A stretch of 64,000 nt of DNA from an uncultured Muribaculaceae bacterium (lineage in GTDB: Bacteria > Bacillota_I > Bacilli_A > RF39 > UBA660): the NCBI GenBank assembly GCA_964600615.1, contig CAZRJK010000003.1, forward strand, positions 11,142 through 75,141. Reading direction: 5' to 3'. Made by a program: the position numbers and the translations under genes. This document shows, in pieces, positions 1-9,711 of this stretch. Position 1 is the first letter of the stretch. Each line of letters opens with the position of its first letter. The notes under the pieces are model-generated. The model did not search any database. It was not told the DNA's origin and was given only the letters and a program-made list of their open reading frames with translations.

Positions 1-1317
1 GAAGGAAAATCTGGGAGAAAGGCCGAAAAAAGACCAGCATTTATGGAGATGATAGCAAAAGCAAAGACTAAACCTAATCCTTTTGATGTTATTTTGGTTC
101 ATAAATTTGATAGATTTTCTAGAAGTCGTGAAGATAGTATAGTTTATAAATCTTTATTAAAAAAGGAATGTGGTATTTCTGTAATTTCTATTTCTGAGCC
201 TTTAGATCCTGATGATAAAATGAGTATAATAATTGAATCTTGGTTTGAAGCAATGGCAGAATACTACTCTATTAATTTGTCTGAAGAAGTTACTAAAGGA
301 ATGAAAGAAAAACATTCTCACGGTGAATTGCAAACGAATCCAAGCTATGGATATAATGCCGAAAATAATGTTCTAGTAATAAACGAAAAAGAAGCTAAAA
401 TTGTTAGATATATTTTTGAAGAATATGGAATAAATCATACACCGATGATTGAAATAGCTAGAAAATTATACAAAATGGGTATAAAGACTAAAAGAGGAAA
501 TAGTTTTGAAAATAGAACAATTTGCTATATTTTAAATAATCCTGTATATATAGGCAAATTAAAATATACTCCTGGAGGTAGAAAAGCTCATTTTTTTGAT
601 GATCCTAATACTATTCTAGTTGATGGCAAGCACTCACCTATTATACCAATTGAACTTTGGAATAAAGTTCAAAAAGAACTAACTAAAACTTTCAAATTTA
701 GACATCCTAATCAAAGAAATGATATAAATGTATCGAATTGGTTAAAAGGTATTATAAGATGTAAAGAATGTGGTTCTACAATGGTATTAAGCAATAAAAC
801 AAGATTAAGATGTAATGGTTACAACAAAGGTAGATGTTCAAATGCTGCAACTATTAATATTAAAGAAGCAAAAGAATTAATTATTAATCAACTGAGAAAT
901 GATTTTTCTAATGGGAAAATAGAACATATTGTGATTAATAAAAAACTTAATAAAAAAGTATCTGAACATGAAATATTACAAACAACTCTTGAAAAATTTA
1001 AAGAAAAAGAAAAAAGAATTAAAGATGCGTACTTAAACGGTATTGATTCTATAGAAGAATATAAGTTAAATAAAAATATGATAGAAAAAGAAAAGCAAGA
1101 AATTAAAAAGAAACTACATTCTGCCAATAAACCAGATAATAAAAAAACAATAACTAAAGTTATTGAAAATGGTAAAAAAATTTATGAATTATTAATTGAT
1201 GAAAATATTTCAGAAGATAAGAAAAATTTTTATGCTCATATGCTTTTTGATAAGATAGAATTTAATGATAAAACTGAAGAATTAGAACTCTATTATAACG
1301 ATGTTAAAAACCTTTAA
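1..1317 (+). CDS. Large serine recombinase (5' end outside window)
   Basis: Frame 1 is open from base 1 (EGKSGRKAEKRPAF...). Resolvase-type domain remnants are present (VHKFDRFSRS, EAMAEYYS). A recombinase domain, a zinc ribbon (CKECGS...RCNGYNKGRC) and a K/E-rich coiled-coil tail follow. The catalytic Ser would lie upstream of the window. Confidence 0.9.
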   Translation, partial: EGKSGRKAEKRPAFMEMIAKAKTKPNPFDVILVHKFDRFSRSREDSIVYKSLLKKECGISVISISEPLDPDDKMSIIIESWFEAMAEYYSINLSEEVTKGMKEKHSHGELQTNPSYGYNAENNVLVINEKEAKIVRYIFEEYGINHTPMIEIARKLYKMGIKTKRGNSFENRTICYILNNPVYIGKLKYTPGGRKAHFFDDPNTILVDGKHSPIIPIELWNKVQKELTKTFKFRHPNQRNDINVSNWLKGIIRCKECGSTMVLSNKTRLRCNGYNKGRCSNAATINIKEAKELIINQLRNDFSNGKIEHIVINKKLNKKVSEHEILQTTLEKFKEKEKRIKDAYLNGIDSIEEYKLNKNMIEKEKQEIKKKLHSANKPDNKKTITKVIENGKKIYELLIDENISEDKKNFYAHMLFDKIEFNDKTEELELYYNDVKNL

Positions 1318-1340
1318 AATAAGTATTGTCCCTCTTGTAA
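1..1340 (+). mobile_element. Right-hand edge of an integrated element carrying a large serine recombinase, inserted within cotJC; left end lies outside the window
   Basis: The recombinase gene ends at 1317. The truncated cotJC frame opens at 1341, right after an in-frame TAA at 1338-1340. The junction must therefore lie in about 1318-1345. Confidence 0.55.
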
Positions 1341-1817
1341 TATGGTGGTCCTAACGGTGAATTAGCTGCTGCTTTAAGATATTTAAATCAAAGATTTACT
1401 ATGCCTGATGATAAAGGAAGAGCTTTACTTACAGATATTGGTACTGAAGAACTAAATCATGTGGAAATGATTTGTACTATGTTATATCAACTTACTAGTG
1501 GGGCTTCTATTAAAGATATTGAAGAAGCTGGTCTTGCTAAGTATTATACTGAACACGGTTTAGATTTGTTTCCTGAGAATACTGAAGGTGTTCCTTTTAG
1601 CTCTTCTTATTTTGCTGCGGTTGGTGATCCTTTAGCTAATATATCCGAGGATATGGCTGCTGAGCAAAAAGCTAGAGCTGTATATGAGAATTTGATTAAT
1701 TTGTCTAATGATCCTGATGTTATTGAACCATTACTTTTTTTGCGACAAAGAGAGATAATACATTTTGCTAGATTTAGAGAATTATATAATGAATATAAGG
1801 ATAAGGGATATAAATAA
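1341..1817 (+). CDS. cotJC: 3' portion of a split Mn-catalase-family spore coat gene cotJC (lacks about the first 28 codons)
   Basis: Reads YGGPNGELAAALRYLNQRFTMPD...TDIGTEELNHVEMI...EQKARAVYE...REIIHFARF. By eye this aligns with B. subtilis CotJC from about residue 29 to the end. There is no start codon or RBS at the point where homology begins. Confidence 0.85.
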   Translation, partial: YGGPNGELAAALRYLNQRFTMPDDKGRALLTDIGTEELNHVEMICTMLYQLTSGASIKDIEEAGLAKYYTEHGLDLFPENTEGVPFSSSYFAAVGDPLANISEDMAAEQKARAVYENLINLSNDPDVIEPLLFLRQREIIHFARFRELYNEYKDKGYK

Positions 1818-1840
1818 AAAAAGGAATACTCCTTTTTTTA
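1816..1840. terminator. Bidirectional stem-loop between convergent cotJC fragment and cdaR
   Basis: AAAAGGA-ATAC-TCCTTTT hairpin flanked by an A-run and a T-run. It overlaps both stop codons. Confidence 0.55.
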
Positions 1841-3217
1841 TTTTTTAGTTATTCTAACTTTAATTTTTGTTGTTTTTGCTGTGTATGTTGCTTTATTATC
1901 TGTTCCTTCTACTTTGACGGCTACTTCGTAATCTCCCTCAGTATAATTATTTAAATCTACTTTGGCAGTTATCATTGATGATTCTATGCCGTCTAGAACA
2001 CTTTTTGTTCCTTTAACTACTACAGTTGTTTTACTTGAATTTTCTCCTATTGCTACAGCTTTATAATTTGGACTTAGATTAATTGTTTCAATATATACAT
2101 CTTTTATTTCTTTAGTAGTTTCTGTTCCTAATTTGATTGTTACTTTGGTATTCGTTCTTGACATTTCTTTTACTCCGGCAGGTTTAGAAATAATTACATC
2201 ATAGGTTTTATTTTCATTTAATCCTGATATATCTACTTCTACTGGTATATATTCTAATTCATCTAATACATCTTGATCACCATAGGCTACTATTTTATTA
2301 TTATCTAGAGTGATACTATCAATTGCTTTACCAAATTGTAGACTTCCATTAGGTATTACTTTTAATAAAACTTCTTTTTTAGGTGATTCTATTGTTACTT
2401 TTGCTGATAGTTTTGAAGGTTCTATTTCGACATCATTTACTACTTTTCCATCACTATCATAGGCTACTAGTTTTATGTCATCCATTTCTTTTATTCCTAT
2501 TTCTGGATTAATTATTTTGCTTACATCTACTAGAGCTTTTACTGTTGCAACTGAGGCTAATTTATGTTCTGATCCTTTTATTACTACTTCTTTTTCACTT
2601 ATTATAATATCACCTATAGATAATTTTTTATCTAGTTTGTTTTTGTTCATTACATCTATTGTTGCGGTCCTTGTTTCACTTATTTTAGGGTATATTGTTA
2701 CATTTACTGTAGATGGATCTAGTTTATATTCAACAGAGTTTATTGAGCAATCATAATCTAATTTTATTGTATGACTACCTTCTTTTAAGTTTGATAAGTC
2801 TGCTGTAACACTACCTTTTGATAATTGTTTTGCTAAATATAAGTCAACTTTTCTACCTATTAAGGTTACATCTACGGTTTCTGGTAATCCTTCTACTACG
2901 TAAGCATTATTATTGTAGGTAACTTGTACTTTTTGATCATATAAAACCTCGGCACTGTTGTTTACTATTACCGTTGATTCACTGTCAACATATAGAAATA
3001 GACTTATTGCTAAAATTAATGATATGAAAATTAATGTGTTTTTTCTTGTCAACCACTTTTCTAACTTGTCTGTTCTATTGCCAAGCTTATCGCTTATAAA
3101 AATAAATAATTTTGTTATTGGTAAAATAATTAGCTTATCAATAATTTTATATATGCCATGTATTATTGCTGCGATAGTTAAGAATATGTTTTTAATTATT
3201 TTCATTATTCTCACCAT
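1838..3217 (-). CDS. cdaR: CdaR (YbbR-domain regulator of diadenylate cyclase)
   Basis: N-terminal TM helix followed by repeated beta-rich YbbR-like modules. It overlaps the end of cdaA, matching the conserved cdaA-cdaR order. Confidence 0.8.
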   Translation of the reverse strand: MVRIMKIIKNIFLTIAAIIHGIYKIIDKLIILPITKLFIFISDKLGNRTDKLEKWLTRKNTLIFISLILAISLFLYVDSESTVIVNNSAEVLYDQKVQVTYNNNAYVVEGLPETVDVTLIGRKVDLYLAKQLSKGSVTADLSNLKEGSHTIKLDYDCSINSVEYKLDPSTVNVTIYPKISETRTATIDVMNKNKLDKKLSIGDIIISEKEVVIKGSEHKLASVATVKALVDVSKIINPEIGIKEMDDIKLVAYDSDGKVVNDVEIEPSKLSAKVTIESPKKEVLLKVIPNGSLQFGKAIDSITLDNNKIVAYGDQDVLDELEYIPVEVDISGLNENKTYDVIISKPAGVKEMSRTNTKVTIKLGTETTKEIKDVYIETINLSPNYKAVAIGENSSKTTVVVKGTKSVLDGIESSMITAKVDLNNYTEGDYEVAVKVEGTDNKATYTAKTTKIKVRITKK

Positions 3218-4034
3218 CCTTTATTTCTTCAGGTTCATCTTCAAATTCATCATCTAATAAAAATTCAGTTTTAGGCTTTAATTCTTCTACTAACATTATT
3301 CTTGCATCATCTATTGATAGGCCATGATTTAATACTCCACCGATTGCCATTGATATTTTTCCGGTTTCTTCACTTACGACTATAGCTATAGCATCTGATT
3401 CTTCACTTATTCCTAGAGCTGCTCTATGTCTTGTTCCTAATCTTTTGTTAATTTTAGCATTTAGGCTTATTGGAAATACAGCTCCTGCACTTGTAATTCT
3501 ATTACCTTGAATTATTACACCTCCATCGTGTAATGGGTTTCTTGGAAAGAATAGTGATATAAGTAGTTCAGAAGATATATCAGCATATATTCCTTTACTT
3601 CTTACAATATAGTCATTTAAACTTACATCTCTTTCTATTACAATTAATGCTCCTATTCTAGACTTTCTTAGGTAATCTATAGCATTCATTATTTCATAAA
3701 TCATTTTTTCTCTTTCATCCATTGTTAGAACTCTATGCTTGGTTAATATTTGTTTTCTTCCTAAATGCTCTAATAGATTTCTAATTTCTGGTTGAAAGAT
3801 TATAATTAATGCAAGTGGTCCCCACATTATTACGTATTCAAGTAATAATCCTACTGTTGTTAAGTGTAACCAATCACTTAATATTTTTATTACTAGAATT
3901 ATTATTACGCCTTTGAATATTAGGACCATTTTAATATTATTTTTTAGACTTCTTAAAATATAATAGATTATTATCCATACTAACGAGATATCTATTATTT
4001 TTTGAATTACGGTAATTAAACTACTAACAGTCAT
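3192..4034 (-). CDS. cdaA: Diadenylate cyclase CdaA (c-di-AMP synthase)
   Basis: Three N-terminal TM helices plus DAC-domain motifs (PLHDGGVII, LGTRHRAALG, VVSEETGKIS). Confidence 0.92.
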   Translation of the reverse strand: MTVSSLITVIQKIIDISLVWIIIYYILRSLKNNIKMVLIFKGVIIILVIKILSDWLHLTTVGLLLEYVIMWGPLALIIIFQPEIRNLLEHLGRKQILTKHRVLTMDEREKMIYEIMNAIDYLRKSRIGALIVIERDVSLNDYIVRSKGIYADISSELLISLFFPRNPLHDGGVIIQGNRITSAGAVFPISLNAKINKRLGTRHRAALGISEESDAIAIVVSEETGKISMAIGGVLNHGLSIDDARIMLVEELKPKTEFLLDDEFEDEPEEIKDGENNENN

Positions 4035-4156
4035 GTTCTACCTTCTTTCTCTATTCTTTTTAATTATATCATATTATTTTTAAAATAAGAAGAGTTTTTT
4101 TCTTTCTTTGATTACAAGTTTATTTTTTGTAAATAAAAAGAAAAGAATTTTCTTTT

Positions 4157-4363
4157 CTATGGTACTGGGTCATAGCCTTTTTTTCCTAGTGGATTACACT
4201 TTAGTATTCTTTTTATCGCTAAATACCATCCTTTAAAGAAACCGTATTTAGTTAACGCTTCTATTGCATAATTGGAACATGTTGGATAAAACCTGCAATA
4301 GTTATGGGTTTTAAGTGGCAGGTTTTGATATAATTTAATTAATTTAATGCTTAAGTATTTCAT
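4157..4363 (-). CDS. yidD: Membrane protein insertion efficiency factor YidD
   Basis: 68 aa with the [11 protein letters not shown] hallmark motif. Confidence 0.9.
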   Translation of the reverse strand: MKYLSIKLIKLYQNLPLKTHNYCRFYPTCSNYAIEALTKYGFFKGWYLAIKRILKCNPLGKKGYDPVP

Positions 4364-5574
4364 TCTATTATCTCTTCGGTAAATTTGCCATCTTTAAATA
4401 TTTTTATTTCTTCATTATTTTTAGTGTAACCAGTTATTTCTAAATCGTCAGTACCTATCATAAAATCTACATGCTGTTTAGATATATTTATTCCGTGTTT
4501 AAATAGTTCGTCATCTGACATTTCAAAGCCGTTTCTAATACATTCAGCAAATCCTCTTCCAAGTGCTAAATGACAAGAAGCGTTTTCATCTATTAATGTT
4601 GTGTTGAAATTAATATTTAGTTTTTCTATTGGACTATTTTTTTCTACTAGAGCTGCTTCTCCTAAAAAGCACGAGTAATTGTCGGTTTCAATTATTTCTT
4701 TTAATAATTCTTTACCTATTTTAGCATCGTAATCTATTACTTTTCCTTTACTAAATTTTATCCAAAAATCTTTGATTAAACCTCCATTATAAATTAACGG
4801 TTTAGAGGCATATACTATTCCTTCAGTTTTATTATATACTGGGCTAGTGAATACTTCATAGCTTGGCATATTTACTATGCAAAGATTATCTTTGGCACTA
4901 CTATACAAATAATTATCAGGTAAATATATTTCTAGATCTGTTCCTAAATTATTTTTATAATGTAATTTTTCTAAATTTAGATTATTTAGTCTATTTATTA
5001 TTTTAAAATTTTTATTTAATAGTTTAGTCCATTCCTCTTTAGGATTTTCTTTATCTATCATACATATTTTATATATATATTCTTTTAATTTTTCATAAGC
5101 GTTTTCTTCTTTAAATAAATCTTTGGACCATATTCTTCCAGGATATGCTGCGATACACCAAGGTATTTCACATCTTTCTTCCATTTTTCTAAATAATGGC
5201 ATTGTTTCTTTTTTTCTTTTGGCTGCTAAGCTTATTTTTTGAGGATCTATATCATCCATTACTCCAGGATATTCTGTTTCAAATATCAAGAAATTAGCTT
5301 TTTTCTTGGCATATTCATCCCAAATACTTTTATCAAAATAAGAGCTATTACTTATTTCTTCTTCAGGTATATTTTTTAATATTTCATGTGTTTTATAGAT
5401 ATCTTCTTCATCTAAATAAATATCTTCTACTCCTACTGATTTAGCATAATTAACTAATTTATCAATAAAGTTTTTTATTTCTTTATGATAATTTATAAAT
5501 AATATTTTGTTGTTTTCTATATCAGTACATGTACTTACTAATAATTTTATATATTTTTCATCCATATATATCAC
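4360..5574 (-). CDS. M29-family aminopeptidase (AmpS/PepS type)
   Basis: Strong by-eye similarity to B. subtilis AmpS ([39 protein letters not shown]). Alternative start MDEKY at 5565. Confidence 0.88.
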   Translation of the reverse strand: MIYMDEKYIKLLVSTCTDIENNKILFINYHKEIKNFIDKLVNYAKSVGVEDIYLDEEDIYKTHEILKNIPEEEISNSSYFDKSIWDEYAKKKANFLIFETEYPGVMDDIDPQKISLAAKRKKETMPLFRKMEERCEIPWCIAAYPGRIWSKDLFKEENAYEKLKEYIYKICMIDKENPKEEWTKLLNKNFKIINRLNNLNLEKLHYKNNLGTDLEIYLPDNYLYSSAKDNLCIVNMPSYEVFTSPVYNKTEGIVYASKPLIYNGGLIKDFWIKFSKGKVIDYDAKIGKELLKEIIETDNYSCFLGEAALVEKNSPIEKLNINFNTTLIDENASCHLALGRGFAECIRNGFEMSDDELFKHGINISKQHVDFMIGTDDLEITGYTKNNEEIKIFKDGKFTEEIIE

Positions 5575-5612
5575 CTTTATTAATATATCATAAATTTATT
5601 AGTAAATAAATA

Positions 5613-6092
5613 TTATGTGTTAATTTTTGTTAGTGTTTTATCTTTATTATCTTTATATAGAGTTAACATTTCTAATGAGATACTTTGTATTTCTTCTACT
5701 TTATCTGATTTTTTTATTTTTTTATCATATTCTTTTATTTTATCATTTAATTCTTTGTTTTTAGAAAAATACTTGCTTATGATTATTTCTTTACCATAAG
5801 ATTTTTTTATTTTTTCTATATTGTCATAGTCTTCTGTAATACCTATTATTGCTTTATATAATCCATCATAATCTTCATAGTAAATATAATTATTTATTAG
5901 AGTATTCTTAACCATATTATCATATGTAGAATATGCTCCTACTTGAAGAAGATATATTTTCTCTCCTTGTAATTCTTTTGATAAATCTTTATCATAAATA
6001 CTATAGATTAATTTACCACAAATACTACCACATATTACAGATAAAAAAATAGGTATAAATATTTTCTTTATAAATGTTTTCATTTTAATCAC
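5613..6092 (-). CDS. Membrane-anchored SPOR-like domain protein
   Basis: N-terminal TM helix, then YLLQVGAYSTYDN...YKAIIGI, which resembles a SPOR peptidoglycan-binding domain. Confidence 0.45.
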   Translation of the reverse strand: MIKMKTFIKKIFIPIFLSVICGSICGKLIYSIYDKDLSKELQGEKIYLLQVGAYSTYDNMVKNTLINNYIYYEDYDGLYKAIIGITEDYDNIEKIKKSYGKEIIISKYFSKNKELNDKIKEYDKKIKKSDKVEEIQSISLEMLTLYKDNKDKTLTKINT

Positions 6093-6147
6093 CTTAAAGA
6101 GTATATACCTATTTATTTAATAAATTTGTCGATTTTTAATTTGTTCC

Positions 6148-7347
6148 CTATCTCCAATGTGCATATAGAGTGTGACTTTCTGTTTTGGATACAGTAGTAT
6201 TGTTATCTATTCTATTTTCACCATTTAACTCTGTATACCATCCGTCAAATTCATAATCGTTTCCTTTATTTGGAATTGGTAAGCCACCTACTATTTCACC
6301 ATATTTTTGCCCATATGATAATGTTTGTTTATTTCTTTCTTTTGTAATAGATACTTGCATTTTATAATTATTAAATGTTGTTTGATATTTGTATTCTTCG
6401 TTTTCTTTGGTGCTTGTTCTCGAAAACCCAAAATTTAGACCGTTAGTATCCGTTAAGGTATATGTTAATTCAGCTCTAGCTATTTTGTTTTGTTCCGTTG
6501 GCAATTGAACGGTCATATAGTGTGTACCTTTTACTCTTGTGGGATAATTTGCACCATCCTTTTGAAGATCTAATACAAATTCATTGGAAGGTGAATTTGA
6601 CGTAATGCTACCTGCTATATATTTTAATGTTATAATATATTTTTCATTTTCAGCAAATGTTATCGGGTTTAATTTTGCAAAACTTAAGTTATGATTTGTA
6701 TGTTCTCCGTTTAATGTTATTATTTGAGTTTCTTCATCATATGTTTTTTCTACTCCATATTCATGTTCTGTTTGTGGTGCTGCAAATAGATTATCATCAA
6801 AAGAAATAGTATAGATTTGGTCTGATTTTAGTAATAACTTTATATCGTATTTTTTATTTGAATATACTGAACTCATTGGAATAGAGATAGTTATTGTTTC
6901 TCCTTCGGCAGTAATATTTGGTTCTCCAATATCTACTGAATTAGCGATAGTTTTGTAGAAATATGATTTGTTTTTTTTCACAAAACTCCCATTTTCATAT
7001 CTTCCATATGTTATGGTTGTTTTATCTCTTTTTTTAATTTCAATTCTTTTGGTTATAGGATTATTGTTATCTGGTTCTTTTACTAGTATATTTCTAGCAA
7101 TTATTCCTGTGCTATCATTTTTTTCTAATTCTTCTACTTTTACTATTTTGCTATTTTCTAAATCGTTTATGATGTTTTTGGTTATAGCTATTCTGTCGTT
7201 TAATAGAGCTGTATCATTATATAAATCTTCGTTGGTGTCTTTAAATTTTACAATTAAGCTTAATAGGAAAAAAGCTATGGTAAATGTTATTGCGGATGCT
7301 AAGATTATTTCTATTAACATATATCCTTTATTATTTAATTTTTTCAT
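6148..7347 (-). CDS. Prepilin-type N-terminal cleavage/methylation protein with C-terminal Listeria-Bacteroides (Flg_new) repeat
   Basis: N-terminus MKKLNNKG/YMLIEIIL has Gly at -1, Glu at +5 and a hydrophobic helix. C-terminus YEFDGWYTELNG...HTLYAHW is the Flg_new repeat signature. Confidence 0.75.
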   Translation of the reverse strand: MKKLNNKGYMLIEIILASAITFTIAFFLLSLIVKFKDTNEDLYNDTALLNDRIAITKNIINDLENSKIVKVEELEKNDSTGIIARNILVKEPDNNNPITKRIEIKKRDKTTITYGRYENGSFVKKNKSYFYKTIANSVDIGEPNITAEGETITISIPMSSVYSNKKYDIKLLLKSDQIYTISFDDNLFAAPQTEHEYGVEKTYDEETQIITLNGEHTNHNLSFAKLNPITFAENEKYIITLKYIAGSITSNSPSNEFVLDLQKDGANYPTRVKGTHYMTVQLPTEQNKIARAELTYTLTDTNGLNFGFSRTSTKENEEYKYQTTFNNYKMQVSITKERNKQTLSYGQKYGEIVGGLPIPNKGNDYEFDGWYTELNGENRIDNNTTVSKTESHTLYAHWR

Positions 7348-7350
7348 ATT

Positions 7351-7947
7351 TTACCTCAATTCTAAACTTGAATAGTCATAGTTATTATATTTTTCTGTTT
7401 CTATTCCAGTTTCACTATCTTTTATTATTTCTTTATTTTGAGGATTATATTCTATAATAAATAAATAACTGTCTTTTGTATAATTGTCATAGGCATAATA
7501 CTTGCTTATGTATTTTAAATAATCTTTAAAAGTTTTGTTTGTTACATCTAGTGTTTCTACTATTGGTTTTTCTGTAACTTGATTATTATCATTTACTGGT
7601 ACTTTTATTTGTTTTACGATTAATAAATTATTAATATTATATGTTCCTTTTAATTTGTTACAATAATCAACTAATAAGTTGCAATTTCCGTTTTGAATTA
7701 TATATTTATAATTCTGTTCTTCCATCTTAAGTATATTATTGATATTGTTTTCTCCCTCTCCTGTATACATATATTCTATTACGTTTTCTATTGCATACAT
7801 TCCGTCTATATTTTTATAATTTGTCACATTGTTGTATCTAGCGTATATTTTATTAAAGGTAAAATATAGGCTTATCATTATAGCTAATAATAAGGTTGCT
7901 GTTACTACTACCTCTGCTAACATAAAACCTTTGTTATTTTTCTTCAT
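7351..7947 (-). CDS. Prepilin-type N-terminal cleavage/methylation protein (pseudopilin-like)
   Basis: MKKNNKG/FMLAEVVV class III signal with Glu at +5. It lies 3 nt upstream of the other pilin-like gene. Confidence 0.75.
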   Translation of the reverse strand: MKKNNKGFMLAEVVVTATLLLAIMISLYFTFNKIYARYNNVTNYKNIDGMYAIENVIEYMYTGEGENNINNILKMEEQNYKYIIQNGNCNLLVDYCNKLKGTYNINNLLIVKQIKVPVNDNNQVTEKPIVETLDVTNKTFKDYLKYISKYYAYDNYTKDSYLFIIEYNPQNKEIIKDSETGIETEKYNNYDYSSLELR

Positions 7948-8041
7948 TTTTTATCACCTTTATTATTGATATTATTTTAAATATATTATATAATAAATGT
8001 AGAATGTTGTAAAGTAGAAAAGAATAGGAACGGGATTTATT

Positions 8042-9340
8042 ATGAATAATACTGAAGAAAAAACTACTGTTGTAAATAATAATGTTAATAACGTGACTAA
8101 TACCAATAATGTTGGTAGTTTTAATGATCTTGCAACAAAAAAAGTAATTAATTTTGATACTACTCCTATTGTAGATGTAGTTAACTATATTTTATTAGAA
8201 GCTGCTCGTAAAGGAGCTTCTGATATTCATTTTGATCCTGCTGATAATTGTATGAAGGTAAGGTTTAGAATAGATGGTAAATTAGATACTTTTACTGTTG
8301 TTCCTAATACAGCTAAATTAAATTTAGTTGCTAGATTGAAAATTATGTCTGGTATGAATATCACAGAGACTAGATTACCTCAAGATGGCGCTATTAGGAC
8401 TACTATTGAGGGTATTGGATTAGATATGCGTGTCTCTTCTCTTCCTACAAAAATCGGTGAGAAAATCGTTATAAGAATTATGGATTATTCTATGAGTTTA
8501 CAAGGATTAGAGTCTCTTAGATTTAATGATATAAATTATAAAAAAGTATTAAAGATGATTAGTCAGCCTAATGGTATAATTTTAGTTACGGGTGCTACTG
8601 GTAGTGGTAAATCTACTACTGTTTACTCTATTTTGCAAAGATTAAATACTCCTGATGCGAATGTTATTTCTGTTGAGGATCCTGTTGAAATGGAAATTGA
8701 TGGGATTAATCAGATTCAGGTTAATAGTGAAATTGGTCTTGATTTTGCTACTGTTTTGAGAAGTATTTTGAGACAAGACCCTAATATAATTATGATTGGT
8801 GAGATAAGGGATAGTGAGACTGCTCAGATTGCTGTTAGAGCTTCTATTACTGGTCACTTAGTATTATCTACAATACATACTAATAATTCTTTATCTACTA
8901 TTGAAAGACTTCTAGATATGGATGTTGAAAGATATTTGTTATCTAGTGCGTTAGAAGGAATTATTTCTCAAAAACTTGCTAGAAAATTATGTGATAAATG
9001 TAAGAAGATTAGAAATGTTAATGAATATGAAAAGAATTTATTTAGAACTGTTTTAGGCTTGGAAGTTAATCAAACTTATGAAGCAGTTGGTTGTCCTGAG
9101 TGTAGTTATGGTTTTAAAGGTAGAATTGCTTTACAAGAGGTATTAGTAATTAATCAGGAAATTAGAGATGCTATTAGTAATAATGTTAATCGTGAAGATT
9201 TAAGAAAATTGGTTTATACTAAAGATGTTATTACTTTAATTCAAGATGGTTTTTATAAAGTATTAGCTGGTTTTACTACTATTACTGAAGTATTAAAGCT
9301 TATAGAATTGGATGATGAAATTGATGATATGAAAAAATAA
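8042..9340 (+). CDS. GspE/PilB/ComGA-family secretion ATPase
   Basis: Walker A GATGSGKST, Walker B IIMIGEIRD, His box TGHLVLSTIHTN and tetracysteine CDKC...CPEC. The N-terminus is Asn-rich and low-complexity. Confidence 0.9.
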   Translation: MNNTEEKTTVVNNNVNNVTNTNNVGSFNDLATKKVINFDTTPIVDVVNYILLEAARKGASDIHFDPADNCMKVRFRIDGKLDTFTVVPNTAKLNLVARLKIMSGMNITETRLPQDGAIRTTIEGIGLDMRVSSLPTKIGEKIVIRIMDYSMSLQGLESLRFNDINYKKVLKMISQPNGIILVTGATGSGKSTTVYSILQRLNTPDANVISVEDPVEMEIDGINQIQVNSEIGLDFATVLRSILRQDPNIIMIGEIRDSETAQIAVRASITGHLVLSTIHTNNSLSTIERLLDMDVERYLLSSALEGIISQKLARKLCDKCKKIRNVNEYEKNLFRTVLGLEVNQTYEAVGCPECSYGFKGRIALQEVLVINQEIRDAISNNVNREDLRKLVYTKDVITLIQDGFYKVLAGFTTITEVLKLIELDDEIDDMKK

Positions 9341-9362
9341 TACTTTTAGTATTATTTTTTTT
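9332..9362. terminator. Bidirectional intrinsic terminator between ATPase gene and spoVAE
   Basis: AATAATAC-TTTTA-GTATTATT hairpin with an A-run before it and a T-run after it. Confidence 0.6.
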
Positions 9363-9711
9363 AATGTTTTGGTTTAAAAATTATTGCTGAGATAAATCCT
9401 GATACTAAAGCAATAGAGATACCTGCTGAAGTTAGATTAAAGATTCCAAATGCTAATCCTAATGGTCCTAAATCATTTGCTGTATCCATAGCTCCATGTA
9501 TTAACAAATGCCCAAATGAAGTTATTGGTATTATTGCTCCTGCACCACAATATAGCACTATTTTATCGTATATACCAAATAGATCTAAAGCAGCTCCTAT
9601 TACTACAAACATACTAGTTATGTGTCCTGGTGTTAATTTGGTATTATCCAATATTAGTTGTGATATTAGGCATACAAAACCACAAAATAGGAAGGAATAT
9701 AGATATATCAT
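9361..9711 (-). CDS. spoVAE: Stage V sporulation protein AE (SpoVAEb-type)
   Basis: 116-aa polytopic membrane protein at the end of the spoVAC-AD-AE triplet. It overlaps the stop of spoVAD. Confidence 0.85.
   Translation of the reverse strand: MIYLYSFLFCGFVCLISQLILDNTKLTPGHITSMFVVIGAALDLFGIYDKIVLYCGAGAIIPITSFGHLLIHGAMDTANDLGPLGLAFGIFNLTSAGISIALVSGFISAIIFKPKH

Noticed and set aside
1838-4034. cdaA-cdaR lacking the usually linked glmM downstream
   Set aside because: The operon simply ends at a convergent terminator next to the cotJC fragment. glmM may be elsewhere, and absence within one window is not informative.
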